Positions 1 through 9,096 of a stretch of 43,501 nt of DNA are shown here, one piece after another. Numbering within the stretch: position 1 is the first letter of the stretch; every line of letters begins with the position of its first letter. This DNA comes from Leidyana gryllorum EB-2025a (lineage: Eukaryota > Protista > Apicomplexa). The notes under the pieces were generated by a model. It saw only the letters and a list, made by a program, of their open reading frames with translations. It did not search any database and was not told the DNA's origin. Both the position numbers and the translations under genes were made by a program. Location: positions 1 through 43,501 of the forward strand of contig JBLWGC010000074.1 in NCBI GenBank assembly GCA_048772705.1, read 5' to 3'.

Positions 1-84
1 CGGCTCCCACTCGTACAATCCCGAATGAAGTTCAGACCAGCTGAGACAAAATCTGAGTTGCACCAGTTGTGAGGGCTGGAACTG

Positions 85-156
85 CTCCGAGACCCGGAAT
101 CGAACCCGAGTCTTCCGCGTGACAGGCGGAAATACTAACCACTATACTATCTCGGA
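85..156 (-). tRNA. trnD: tRNA-Asp(GTC), T-stem mismatch
   Basis: TCCGAGA acceptor, loop CTGTCAC. Confidence 0.75.
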
Positions 157-250
157 CGCTCCGAACACACCGGCCTGAAACCCCAAAAGTCCTTCCATCT
201 TGAGATTCAAGGGATAGAAAACGCGTGGAGCGGCGAGCCAACAACATCCC

Positions 251-330
251 GGCAAGATGACCGAGTGGTCTGAGGCGCTGTGCTCAGACCGGAGTCCGAA
301 AGGTCGTGGGTTCGAATCCCACTTTTGTCA
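251..330 (+). tRNA. trnL: tRNA-Leu(CAG) variant (A37, anticodon-stem mismatch)
   Basis: Long variable arm, loop CTCAGAC. Confidence 0.65.
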
Positions 331-366
331 GGTTGCGCCCCAAACGGGAAAAACATAGAGTCCGGT

Positions 367-434
367 TGAGCCCAGAGTGATTCGAACACCCAACCTTCTG
401 GGAGTCAGACGCGCTACCGTTGCGCCATAGGCCC
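367..434 (-). pseudogene. trnW: tRNA-Trp pseudogene, 4-nt deletion in anticodon arm
   Basis: Matches 6771-6842 minus AGAT. Confidence 0.85.
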
Positions 435-606
435 AAAACCATCCCCCGTTCCAGACTCATTTACCGGCAATCGGCCCGCTTCTTAGGCGTGACATTCGAA
501 AATAGTAACCACTATGCTATCTCGGACGCTTTGAACACGCCACGGACATTCCATTGGTTCAGAAAACGGCCGTTACCGTGTACGAGCTTCAACAACAAGG
601 TGTGAC

Positions 607-677
607 GCATCTGTGGTCTAGTGGTAGAATGTCTCGTTGCCATCGAGACGACCCGGGTTCGATTCCCGGCAGATGCA
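607..677 (+). tRNA. trnG: tRNA-Gly(GCC)
   Basis: Intact cloverleaf, TCTCG-TTGCCAT-CGAGA. Confidence 0.92.
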
Positions 678-743
678 GAGGACACATGGTTGCTTTTCCA
701 CATTCAGAAATGAGTTGGTGTTTAACCCTCCAACCACATGGCA

Positions 744-825
744 CGACAACTGCTGGATTTGAACCAGCGCGGGCCCGGCCCAGTAGATTTCTAGTCTACC
801 CCCTTAACCACTCGGGCAAGTTGCC
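744..825 (-). tRNA. trnS: tRNA-Ser(AGA)
   Basis: GTAGA-CTAGAAA-TCTAC, long variable arm, G73. Confidence 0.92.
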
Positions 826-988
826 GTTGTCGAACTTGGCATTTTGCGGCCAGTGGCTTCACATACGGTTCAGCAAGCTTTACTAGGACTGCTCGCGCCG
901 CCCGAACCCGCGGTTCTCCCTTCAAAAGTCTTGTGGAATCTTTCCGAGACGGTTCGGCTCTCGGCCGAAGCCTAAACTCCAGCACTTG

Positions 989-1061
989 TCCACTGTAGTC
1001 TAAGTGGCTAGGATATGCGGCTTTCACCCGCACGATCCGGGTTCAAGTCCCGGCAGTGGAA
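989..1061 (+). tRNA. trnE: tRNA-Glu(TTC)
   Basis: TGCGG-CTTTCAC-CCGCA, intact. Confidence 0.92.
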
Positions 1062-1137
1062 GTCATTAGAGTACTCGATCAAAGTGCTCTGATAACTTGC
1101 GTAAATAGGGACTGATGCGTGATTCCCGGCTTGCATT

Positions 1138-1209
1138 GCCTTCTTAGCTTAGGGGCAGAGCATTCGCTTAGTAAGCGAAAGGTCGCCGGTTCGATTCCGG
1201 CAGAAGGCT
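1138..1209 (+). tRNA. trnT: tRNA-Thr(AGT)
   Basis: TTCGC-TTAGTAA-GCGAA, intact. Confidence 0.92.
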
Positions 1210-1257
1210 TGCTCACGAGAGAATCTATTCTATAACTGTTTCCCTGCTGCGCACACT

Positions 1258-1329
1258 TAGCAGTGCGTCGTTTCGATCGACGGACCTTTGGGTTATGAGC
1301 CCAACACTCTTCCACTGAGCTACACTGCT
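1258..1329 (-). tRNA. trnM: initiator tRNA-Met(CAT)
   Basis: A1-U72, GGG/CCC anticodon stem, T-loop ATCGAAA. Confidence 0.93.
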
Positions 1330-1466
1330 CAGTCTGCAACATGGAAGAGGTAGCCGAAATGCGATTCTTGAGATTCTAGTATGCCCTGACTACCCAAGTG
1401 TGCTAACGAGGTGGCTGTGTTGGTTCTGAGGGCAACTTGTCCCGTCGGGTCAACCCACGACCAAGA

Positions 1467-1537
1467 GGGCTCTTCTGGGAATCGAACCAGGACTCCTTCC
1501 ACCCTGAGGAGGGATCATAGCACTAGACCAAACAGCC
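1467..1537 (-). pseudogene. trnP: tRNA-Pro(AGG) pseudogene
   Basis: Pro body with several substitutions and a deletion. Confidence 0.75.
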
Positions 1538-1625
1538 CATCGGTCGGTGGTGCAAATGGCTGGTACAGTCGGGAGACTGGTTATAATATGTCAAGAACCA
1601 CTAAATGCTATGGGGTCTGCACAGC

Positions 1626-1698
1626 AGGCGACTAGCTGGAATGATATAGCACTCGCTCAGCATGCGAGAGATACTGGGATGGATGCCCAGGTCGTCCA
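1626..1698 (+). pseudogene. trnA: tRNA-Ala(AGC) pseudogene
   Basis: Degenerate D arm and T loop. Confidence 0.75.
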
Positions 1699-1774
1699 AA
1701 CTTCTAACGGCTGCACCTGCGGTATTTGAAAACAGAGTCACGACCGAATGGAGTTGATGCCCGATCACATAACA

Positions 1775-1856
1775 CGACAACTGCTCGATTCGAACCAGCG
1801 CGGGCCAGACCCACTAGATTTCAAGTCTACCCCCTTAACCACTCGGGCAAGTTGCC
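1775..1856 (-). pseudogene. trnS: tRNA-Ser(TGA), stem mismatches
   Basis: Ser body, loop CTTGAAA. Confidence 0.7.
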
Positions 1857-2072
1857 AACTCTCGAATTCGACATGCCGCGAGGAGTGACCAAATACCCCC
1901 ATGTTCAGCCTGTCCTGCGGCATTTATAGGTCTAAACCGACCTCTCGCGTGCAAAGTCATCGCTCTACCACTTGAGATAGCCGCCCACCCGCCAAACCTA
2001 GGTGAACTTCCCACCTGAGATCGACTCACAGTTCTCTGGCGCCTCATTCGTCAGTGCAACTGTTGTGACTCG

Positions 2073-2145
2073 TCCACTGTAGTCTAAGTGGCTAGGATAT
2101 GCGGCTTTCACCCGCACGATCCGGGTTCAAGTCCCGGCAGTGGAA
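2073..2145 (+). tRNA. trnE: tRNA-Glu(TTC)
   Basis: Same body as 989-1061. Confidence 0.92.
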
Positions 2146-2221
2146 GTCATTAGAGTACTGGATCAAAGTGCTCTGATAACTTGTGTCAATAGGGACTGAT
2201 GCGTGACTCCCGGCTTGCATT

Positions 2222-2293
2222 GCCTTCTTAGCTTAGGGGCAGAGCATTCGCTTAGTAAGCGAAGGGTCGCCGGTTCGACTCCGGCAGAAGCTT
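2222..2293 (+). pseudogene. trnT: tRNA-Thr(AGT), acceptor mismatches
   Basis: Thr body, 3' acceptor strand altered. Confidence 0.7.
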
Positions 2294-2341
2294 TTGCTCA
2301 CGAGCCGAACTATTCTAAACTGTTTCCCTTTTGCGCACACT

Positions 2342-2413
2342 TAGCAGTGAGTCGTTTCGATCGACTGACCTTTGGGTTATGAGCCCAACACTCTTCCAAT
2401 GAGCTACACTGCT
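2342..2413 (-). pseudogene. trnM: initiator tRNA-Met, T-stem mismatches
   Basis: iMet body with substitutions. Confidence 0.7.
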
Positions 2414-2548
2414 CAGTCCGCAACATGGAAGAGGTAGCCGAAATGCGATTCTTGAGATGTTAATTGTCTTGAGTGTCGAAGTGGGCTAACGAGGTGGATG
2501 TGTTAGTTCTAAAACTGCTTATCCCATCGGGTCAACCAACAGCCAAGA

Positions 2549-2624
2549 GGGCTGTTCTGGGAATCGAACCCAGGACTCCTTCCACCCACCCTAAGGAAAG
2601 ATCGTACCACTAGACCAAACAGCC
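2549..2624 (-). pseudogene. trnP: tRNA-Pro(AGG) pseudogene, 4-nt duplication
   Basis: ACCC duplicated in anticodon arm. Confidence 0.75.
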
Positions 2625-2879
2625 GCCTAGCCGGTGGTTCAACCCGCTGGGTACAGTCGAGAGACTCGTCTCACTATGTGAAGTATTACTCAATCCCATG
2701 AGGTGGGCACAGAGGGAGGCTAGCCCAGATGATGAAACGGTGGCTTAGTATAAGAAAGTTTTTGGGATCGATTCCCAGCCCATCCAAGCTACATAGATGG
2801 AACCCTCACCGGAGTAGTCTAGTTGGCCTATCAACGCTGCCATCAGGTTGAGTAGTAGTTTGCCGATCACCCCTCTACT

Positions 2880-2959
2880 TCCGGTGGGACGGAATCGGAC
2901 CGCCGACTATCTGATGCCAGCACTACAGTCAGATGCTCCACCAACTGAGCTACCCCCGG
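2880..2959 (-). tRNA. trnY: tRNA-Tyr(GTA) with 7-nt intron, T-loop variant
   Basis: C1-G72, A73, 80 nt. Confidence 0.7.
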
Positions 2960-3150
2960 CCGTCCAACTGCTCCGGGGTTCGAAAGGCTCAACCTCAGAT
3001 CCTCGCCCTGTCGGACTGCGGTCTGAGCACAGCGTCTTAGACCACTCGACCATCTTGCCGCTGTGTTGTTGGTTCGTCCCTCCACGCATTTTTTGTCCGT
3101 GAGCCGAAAAAGAAAGACTTCTGGGATTGGAGGCCGGCGTGTTCAGAAGG

Positions 3151-3222
3151 TCCGAGTTAGTATAGTGGTTAGTGTCTCCGCCTGTCACGCGGAAGACCCG
3201 GGTTCGATTCCCGGCCTCGAAA
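3151..3222 (+). pseudogene. trnD: tRNA-Asp(GTC), degenerate
   Basis: Acceptor mismatches. Confidence 0.7.
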
Positions 3223-3277
3223 CGCAGGCGGTTTCGCTTAAGATTGTCTTTTTTGGTGCCCGCTGAAAGTTGCGAGC

Positions 3278-3350
3278 TACAGCCACCGAGGATCGAACTC
3301 GGGACCTTCTGCGTGTGAAGCAGACGTCGTAACCACTAGACCATGGCTGC
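3278..3350 (-). tRNA. trnV: tRNA-Val(CAC)
   Basis: TCTGC-TTCACAC-GCAGA, intact. Confidence 0.92.
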
Positions 3351-3414
3351 GTGGATGGTCCCCGCAGCCCAAGAGAAGTGGCGAAGCTCCAGGGAGTAGT
3401 GAGGACCAGTTCAA

Positions 3415-3484
3415 GGGTCGCGCCGGGATCGAACCCAGGTCGGAAAATCCAAAGTGTCGAGTGCTAACCACCAAGGACGCAACC
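3415..3484 (-). pseudogene. trnQ: tRNA-Gln pseudogene
   Basis: Degenerate copy of 6201-6272. Confidence 0.7.
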
Positions 3485-3641
3485 GGTTCAGCCCATCCCA
3501 GAAGAGTCGGACTAACGCTTCCTCAACTGGACACATGCAACACGGGTCTTGTATACAGACCCCAGCGTAAAGAGTTGGATTCGAGTCGGGCAAAAACCTC
3601 AGTTCAATCATTCAACCAGTTGCGCTCTCCCCGAATGCTAC

Positions 3642-3723
3642 CGACAAGGGTGAGATTCGAACTCACGCGGGTGGAACCCAACGGCTTAGCAGGCCGCCGC
3701 CTTAACCACTCGGCCACCTTGCC
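3642..3723 (-). tRNA. trnS: tRNA-Ser(GCT)
   Basis: GCGGC-CTGCTAA-GCCGT, long variable arm. Confidence 0.92.
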
Positions 3724-3831
3724 GACGACATCTCTTGCTCGCTGGCACTTTTTCACAACGGTTTGGGGGAGGTTCTGAGATCGAAGCGTTCTTTCACTCC
3801 ACGAGTATCGAGATGACCGAAGCCTCTCCAT

Positions 3832-3903
3832 GGTGCGGTGGCCTACTGGATAGGCATCGGTCTTCGGAACCGGGAGTTGTGGGTCCGAGGCCCATCGGCA
3901 TCA
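3832..3903 (+). pseudogene. trnR: tRNA-Arg(TCG) pseudogene
   Basis: Degenerate copy of 20139-20211. Confidence 0.75.
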
Positions 3904-4123
3904 TAGCCTCTCACTCGGAAGACGTTCCGTTTCGACCGAGGCAAGCTTGCTAGCTGTATGAGAGTTGCTGCCCCGCATGTCGAGTTGAAGTGCTAGTGGT
4001 ATCAGTTTCCTTCGTCTGTGGAAGTGCTCGATCCGATCCCCGAACAGTCCGTTTTTGAGTAGGTTGCAGACAGCTGGAGCAGAAATTGCCCGAGTCTCTC
4101 GAGCTGCAGATCTTTCGCAATTG

Positions 4124-4714
4124 CAAGTCGCTACTCAAGGGGAACGAGGCCCAGTTCTCATCTCTGCATACTTTCGACCACAAGTCAGACTTAGAACCAA
4201 GTTAGTATTTTTGCCGACAAGTCTACCACGAATATGTCGCACACGACGGCGCAAAACAAGAACTACGACTTGTTGTACCAAGTGCAAAAGTTATCTTAGG
4301 CCGCCTCTTGCCTAGTCCAACTCTGACTTAGCCAACTTTGCTTGCGTGTGTCTCTCACTCTGGTGTCTCTCTCACTCCACCCATGTGCCAGTCGCTCGCA
4401 CTCTTGCGGAGCCTCGCGCTGGACACACACGGTGGTTCTCCCCGACACCACACTCTGATCATTCATGCGAGTGTCTGCACGGTTACACTGCCACAGAGAG
4501 TTCAGACCACTAGGGTGCATTAGCCTTTACGCTTTAGCAGTAGTTGCTTTACGTTCGTTAATAATGCCTTTTCACCATCTTATACATGCCCCTATATAAG
4601 TGCCAAGTATGTAGGGAAGTATCCAGATGGATGTTAATTCGATTGGAAATTTCACCAAGTCGAATTTGGCCACCCGATAGGAAGTTGACCATCAGGCAAA
4701 CACGAACTACAACA
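4124..4714. mobile_element. Truncated LTR copy (inverted relative to 21740-22341, missing 11 terminal bp)
   Basis: Near-identical reverse complement of 21740-22330; ends ...CTACAACA. Confidence 0.8.
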
Positions 4715-5183
4715 GATAGCCTCGATTCATCCGACGAAGAGGAGATCGCCGTCCCACATCCTTCCCCTCACAGGCCCTCCGTCTGCGTGGCGACAGCGAG
4801 TGGTCCGAGCAAGCCGGCTCTTCCATCGATGCTCTGACTGGTCTCTCCGAACCCCGGTCATCCCCCAAGCAGCAGTGAAGAAGCGGACCCCGCCCAATTA
4901 CAAAGACTCCCTACCTGCCCAACGTGCCGAGCAGAAAAAAAAATGCGAGGGGGGCAGGGCAGCAAGACGCAGTCCTCACAATTTGGTAGCCAACCGAGAA
5001 AGCTGAAGCGACGAAAAAACAGTGCTGGCTAGGATTCGACGCGTAAACTGGAGCGCCTCTCAATCATGTAGTCACGGTCGCGTGAGCCCTGCGGACGCAG
5101 CCCAAGAGGTAAGGCTTCAGGGGCGAAAGCCAATCATGTCAATGTCGTGGTGCGCTCGCCAAGCTGGAATGGTCGCATTTTAT

Positions 5184-5253
5184 TGAGTGTAGAGCGAGTT
5201 GACACCAACCTTTTGATCTGGAATCAGACGCGCTACCGCTGCGCTATAGACCC
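5184..5253 (-). pseudogene. trnW: tRNA-Trp pseudogene
   Basis: Trp D and anticodon arms, decayed 3' half. Confidence 0.65.
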
Positions 5254-5314
5254 AGAATCATCGCCTTGTGATCAGCATAGATTTTAAGATCTTCGAGTGT
5301 TCCAGCTCATCTCC

Positions 5315-5386
5315 ATGGCACGCGCGGAGTAAAACCACGGACTTGCTGATCTTCAGTCAGGGGCTCTACCACTGAGCTACGTACCC
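5315..5386 (-). pseudogene. tRNA-Cys body with GAA anticodon, degenerate
   Basis: GGGTACG acceptor, loop CTGAAGA, broken T loop. Confidence 0.75.
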
Positions 5387-5449
5387 ACAAACTGCCCGTC
5401 ATTCGTTCGACCCACTTCTCTGATACGCGCTCAAACAAAAACGTGTAAC

Positions 5450-5518
5450 GCATCTGTGGTCAAGTGATAGAATGTCCTGTTGCCACCGAGACGACGGGTG
5501 CGTTTCTCGGCAGATGCA
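5450..5518 (+). pseudogene. trnG: tRNA-Gly pseudogene
   Basis: Degenerate Gly body. Confidence 0.7.
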
Positions 5519-6200
5519 GGGACGATAGCACAAGGTTGCGTTTGCCACCACTCGAGGGCTTCACGCGTGAGGTGGTGTTTAACCCTCCAATGACATCGAA
5601 CGATAACTGCTGGATTTGAACCTGCCCAGGCCAAACCACACGACAGTGCCAATCCCTGGGGGCACATCCTCGAAAGGACCACAATCGATTTTACAGGGCC
5701 CATACAGTAAAACTCCTGCAAAGCAATGGTGACTCTTGCCTCAGCGCGAATGGCACCGCGTTGTGGAAGTCTTGTCGGCAAGGAGTCCGTATTGGGCACA
5801 TAAACTGGGTGCACATTGAATTGAATCGTACCCATCGACGTCGTTTCGCTGTCGACGAGAATCACGTCAACGGCCGAAAACGTGATTGAGATGTGGTTAG
5901 GCGACGAGTTTTCATTGAAAGCTATGGCAACCTGCCGCTATTTATTTACCGAGTTGAGAGCCTTTGATTGTGCCCTGTAGCCCTTGGACAGACCTGGGCA
6001 TCGCAGTATGTGTGAAAATTGCTTCAGAGCCCAGATGTCCGAGTTTGTATTTTACAATCACACACTCTGCAGACTAAGATACAAGAGGCAGTTACAATAT
6101 TTCAAAGGTCAGTAGAGAGACGCGTGTTGCATGTGTCCAGTCGACGGAGCGCTAATCCGGATGGCTTTACCGCCTCTTTTGGGATGGGATGGGCTGAACC

Positions 6201-6272
6201 GGTTGCGTGGTGTAGTGGTTAGCACTGGAGACTTTGAATCTCCCGACCTGGGTTCGATTCCCGGCGCGACCT
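6201..6272 (+). tRNA. trnQ: tRNA-Gln(TTG)
   Basis: GGAGA-CTTTGAA-TCTCC, U73. Confidence 0.92.
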
Positions 6273-6335
6273 TGTCACTGGTCCTCCGTACTTCCTCAAA
6301 CTTCGCCACTTCTCTTGGTCTGCGGGACCTTCGGT

Positions 6336-6408
6336 GCAGCCATGGTCTAGTGGTCACGACATCTGCTTCACACGCAGAAGGTCCCGAGCGCGATCCTCGG
6401 TGGCTGTA
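6336..6408 (+). pseudogene. trnV: tRNA-Val(CAC), T-loop mutated
   Basis: TTC replaced by CGC in T loop. Confidence 0.7.
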
Positions 6409-6463
6409 GCTTGCAACCTTCAGCGGGAACCAAAGCAGAGAATCTTAAGCGAACCCAGCTTTG

Positions 6464-6535
6464 CTCCGAGACCGGGAATCGAACCCGGGTCTTCCGCGTG
6501 ACAGGCGGAAATACTAACCACTATACTATCTCGGA
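6464..6535 (-). tRNA. trnD: tRNA-Asp(GTC)
   Basis: Intact cloverleaf. Confidence 0.93.
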
Positions 6536-6631
6536 CGCTCGCAAACACGCCGGCCTTCAGCCTCAGACGTCTTACCAGTTTCGAGATTCCACGCACAAAA
6601 ACCGCGTGGAGTGACGAACCAACAACACTGC

Positions 6632-6734
6632 GGCAAGATGGCCGAGTGGTCTAAGGCGCTGTGTTCAGGCGGCAGTCCGAAAGGGCGTGGGTATCGGCAT
6701 TCGGTCAGCCACTGGATGCAATAGGGCTTTGTCA
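6632..6734 (+). pseudogene. trnL: tRNA-Leu(CAG) with foreign sequence replacing the T arm
   Basis: Leu 5' part and terminal TTTGTCA flank a ~35-nt insert. Confidence 0.75.
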
Positions 6735-6770
6735 GGTTGCGCCCTAAACGGGAGAAACATAGAGTCCGAT

Positions 6771-6842
6771 TGGGCCCAGAGTGATTTGAACACACAACCT
6801 TCTGATCTGGAGTCAGACGCGCTACCGTTGCGCCATAGGCCC
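6771..6842 (-). tRNA. trnW: tRNA-Trp(CCA), one T-stem mismatch
   Basis: TCTGA-CTCCAGA-TCAGA. Confidence 0.82.
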
Positions 6843-6906
6843 AAAAACATCCCCCGTTCCAGACTCATTGCCTTGTGATCAGGAGTGGAGGTTTCATTCC
6901 ATCTTC

Positions 6907-6978
6907 AGGGCACGCGCGGAGCTGAACCGCGGACTTGCTGATCTGCAGTCAGCTGCTCTGCCACTGAGCTTCGTACCC
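6907..6978 (-). tRNA. trnC: tRNA-Cys(GCA), U8>A and T-loop variant
   Basis: GCTGA-CTGCAGA-TCAGC, U73. Confidence 0.7.
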
Positions 6979-7326
6979 AGAACTGCCCCTCATACTCGCT
7001 CAACTCGATTCTGTCTTCTCGTTTGAAGCAAAACGGCCGTGCACGTCCACTAGACCATGGCTGCACGGAAGGTCCCGCAGACCAAGAGGAGTGGTGAGGT
7101 TTCACAAAGTAGTGCATTTGGCCATGTTGCCAGCTCGCTTTCTTTCCCGTCACTCCAACCGTTTGTAGTCTGTTGGGCTGACACGCGGCTCCCACTACGG
7201 AAGTTCCAGCTCTGGGAGTAGAGCCACTTCACATGTCAGGCTATCGGGTTTTGTGCCCTTTGATCCATCGATAGGCTGTCTAACAACGGCTGTCACCACG
7301 TACAAAATGCAGCAAGATCATGTTCT

Positions 7327-7397
7327 GCATCTGTGGTCTAGTGGTAGAATGTCTCGTTGCCATCGACACGACCCGGGTTCGATTCCCGGCAGATGCA
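7327..7397 (+). tRNA. trnG: tRNA-Gly(GCC), one anticodon-stem mismatch
   Basis: Gly body. Confidence 0.75.
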
Positions 7398-7461
7398 GAT
7401 GAGATAGCACATGGTTGAGTTTCATGCGTCAGTTGTTGTCTGCCCCTCCAATCACATCGAA

Positions 7462-7543
7462 CGACAACTGCTGGATTTGAACCAGCGCGGGCCAGGCCCA
7501 GTAGATTTCAAGTCTACCCCCTTAACCACTCGGGCAAGTTGCC
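7462..7543 (-). tRNA. trnS: tRNA-Ser(TGA)
   Basis: GTAGA-CTTGAAA-TCTAC, intact. Confidence 0.92.
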
Positions 7544-7761
7544 AACTGTCGAATTCGACATGCCGCGAGGAGTGACCAAATGCCCCCATGTTCAGCCTGT
7601 CCTGCGGCATTGATAGGTGTCTAAACTGACCTCTCGCGTGCCAAGTCACCGCTCTACCACTTGAGATAGCCGCCCACTCGCCAAACCTAGGTGAACTTCC
7701 CATCTGAGACCGACTCACAGTTCTCTGGCGCCTCATTCGTCAGTGCAACTGTTGTGACTCG

Positions 7762-7834
7762 TCCACTGTAGTCTGAGTGGCTAGGATATGCGGCTTTCAC
7801 CCGCACGATCCGGGTTCAAGTCCCGGCCGTAGAA
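7762..7834 (+). pseudogene. trnE: tRNA-Glu(TTC), acceptor mismatches
   Basis: Glu body. Confidence 0.7.
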
Positions 7835-7910
7835 GTCATTAGAGTACTCGATCAAAGTGCTCTGATAACTTGCGTAAATAGGGACTGATGCGTGATTCCC
7901 GGCTTGCATT

Positions 7911-7982
7911 GCCTTCTTAGCTTAGGGGCAGAGCATTCGCTTAGTAAGCGAAAGGTCGCCGGTTCGATTCCGGCAGAAGGCT
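7911..7982 (+). tRNA. trnT: tRNA-Thr(AGT)
   Basis: Intact. Confidence 0.92.
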
Positions 7983-8028
7983 TGCTCACGAGCCAATCTA
8001 TCCTACAACTGTTCCCTTCTGCCACACT

Positions 8029-8100
8029 TAGCAGTGCGCCGTTTCGATCGACGGACCTTTGGGTTATGAGCCCAACACTCTTCCTCTGAGCTACACTGCT
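8029..8100 (-). tRNA. trnM: initiator tRNA-Met(CAT)
   Basis: iMet hallmarks, minor variants. Confidence 0.85.
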
Positions 8101-8302
8101 TAGTCTGCAACATGTCAGAGGTAGCCGAAATGCGATTCTCGAGATGTTAATTGCCATAGTGCACGGAGCTTCCGGGCTTTAAAAGGGGAGTGTGTCTTCG
8201 GACATACGTATCCGATGAGCGGGTTGGTCGTCGCTTGACCCGACGCTCCACCTGATCCCAATACGGTACGGCTCTCGGCCGAAGCCTCAACTCAAGCACT
8301 TG

Positions 8303-8375
8303 TCCACTGTAGTCTAAGTGGCTAGGATATGCGGCTTTCACCCGCACGATCCGGGTTCAAGTCCGGGCAGTGGAA
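8303..8375 (+). tRNA. trnE: tRNA-Glu(TTC), T-stem mismatch
   Basis: Glu body. Confidence 0.75.
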
Positions 8376-8459
8376 GTCATTGGACTGCTCGAGCAAAGTG
8401 CTCCAGTAATCTCCGTCAATAGTGACTGATTTCGGCCGAAGCCTAAACTCGAGCACTTG

Positions 8460-8532
8460 TCCACTGTAGTCTAAGTGGCTAGGATATGCGGCTTTCACCC
8501 GCACGATCCGGGTTCAAGCCCCGGCAGTGGAA
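8460..8532 (+). tRNA. trnE: tRNA-Glu(TTC)
   Basis: Intact. Confidence 0.9.
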
Positions 8533-8581
8533 ATCCAGCAGAGTGTGGTTGTAGGTAACGGCTTCCAGAGACATTGATTTG

Positions 8582-8654
8582 CACCGCCCGCGGGGCTCGA
8601 ACCCGCGACTGCAAGATTAAGAGTCTTGCGCTCTACCGACTGAGCTAGGGCGGC
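8582..8654 (-). tRNA. trnK: tRNA-Lys(CTT)
   Basis: CAAGA-CTCTTAA-TCTTG, intact. Confidence 0.92.
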
Positions 8655-8728
8655 AGGAATGCAAGGACACAAAACCCGATGGCCCGACATCTTAAGTGGC
8701 TTTGGTACCCAGCAGCCTCTTGAAGATT

Positions 8729-8801
8729 GTCCGGGTCGTCTAGGTGCTTTCAACAGCAAGTTGTGGCCGTGCATACCCAGGCCCGAATCCTGGCTTGGAT
8801 A
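8729..8801 (+). pseudogene. trnH: tRNA-His(GTG) pseudogene
   Basis: Degenerate copy of 39840-39911. Confidence 0.75.
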
Positions 8802-8922
8802 GTATGTCCCCGATGTCTCGAATGGGAGATGTGGGTGAAGTGTATCCACACCCACCATCGGGCGTAGCTGCCCATCTCCTGTCTTTATCGCTACACACTC
8901 CCATTTGACGGCTCCGCTAGTC

Positions 8923-8995
8923 GGCGCTATGGCCTAATGGATATGGCATCGGTCTACGGAACCGGGGATTCTGGGTTCGAGTCCCAGTAGCGTCT
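8923..8995 (+). tRNA. trnR: tRNA-Arg(ACG)
   Basis: TCGGT-CTACGGA-ACCGG, A20. Confidence 0.92.
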
Positions 8996-9096
8996 GGGGG
9001 GATGGCCGGGTTGCAGCCTGTTGAGTCAACAACTCAGATCCTGTCTTAGCTGTTCGGGATGGGTCGAGTGCCGTGTTGCGTCAACAACTATCAGAC

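Larger units (their letters stand above)
83..1372. repeat. ~1.3-kb block, inverted copy at ~10395-11681
   Basis: Mirror ORF translations (791-1033/10732-10974, 420-605/11160-11345) and mirrored gene order. Confidence 0.9.

Noticed and set aside
6771-6842. UGA-reading tRNA-Trp with a 4-bp anticodon stem
   Set aside because: The stem TCTGA/TCAGA has 5 canonical pairs; the 4-nt deletion copies destroy the arm rather than shorten it
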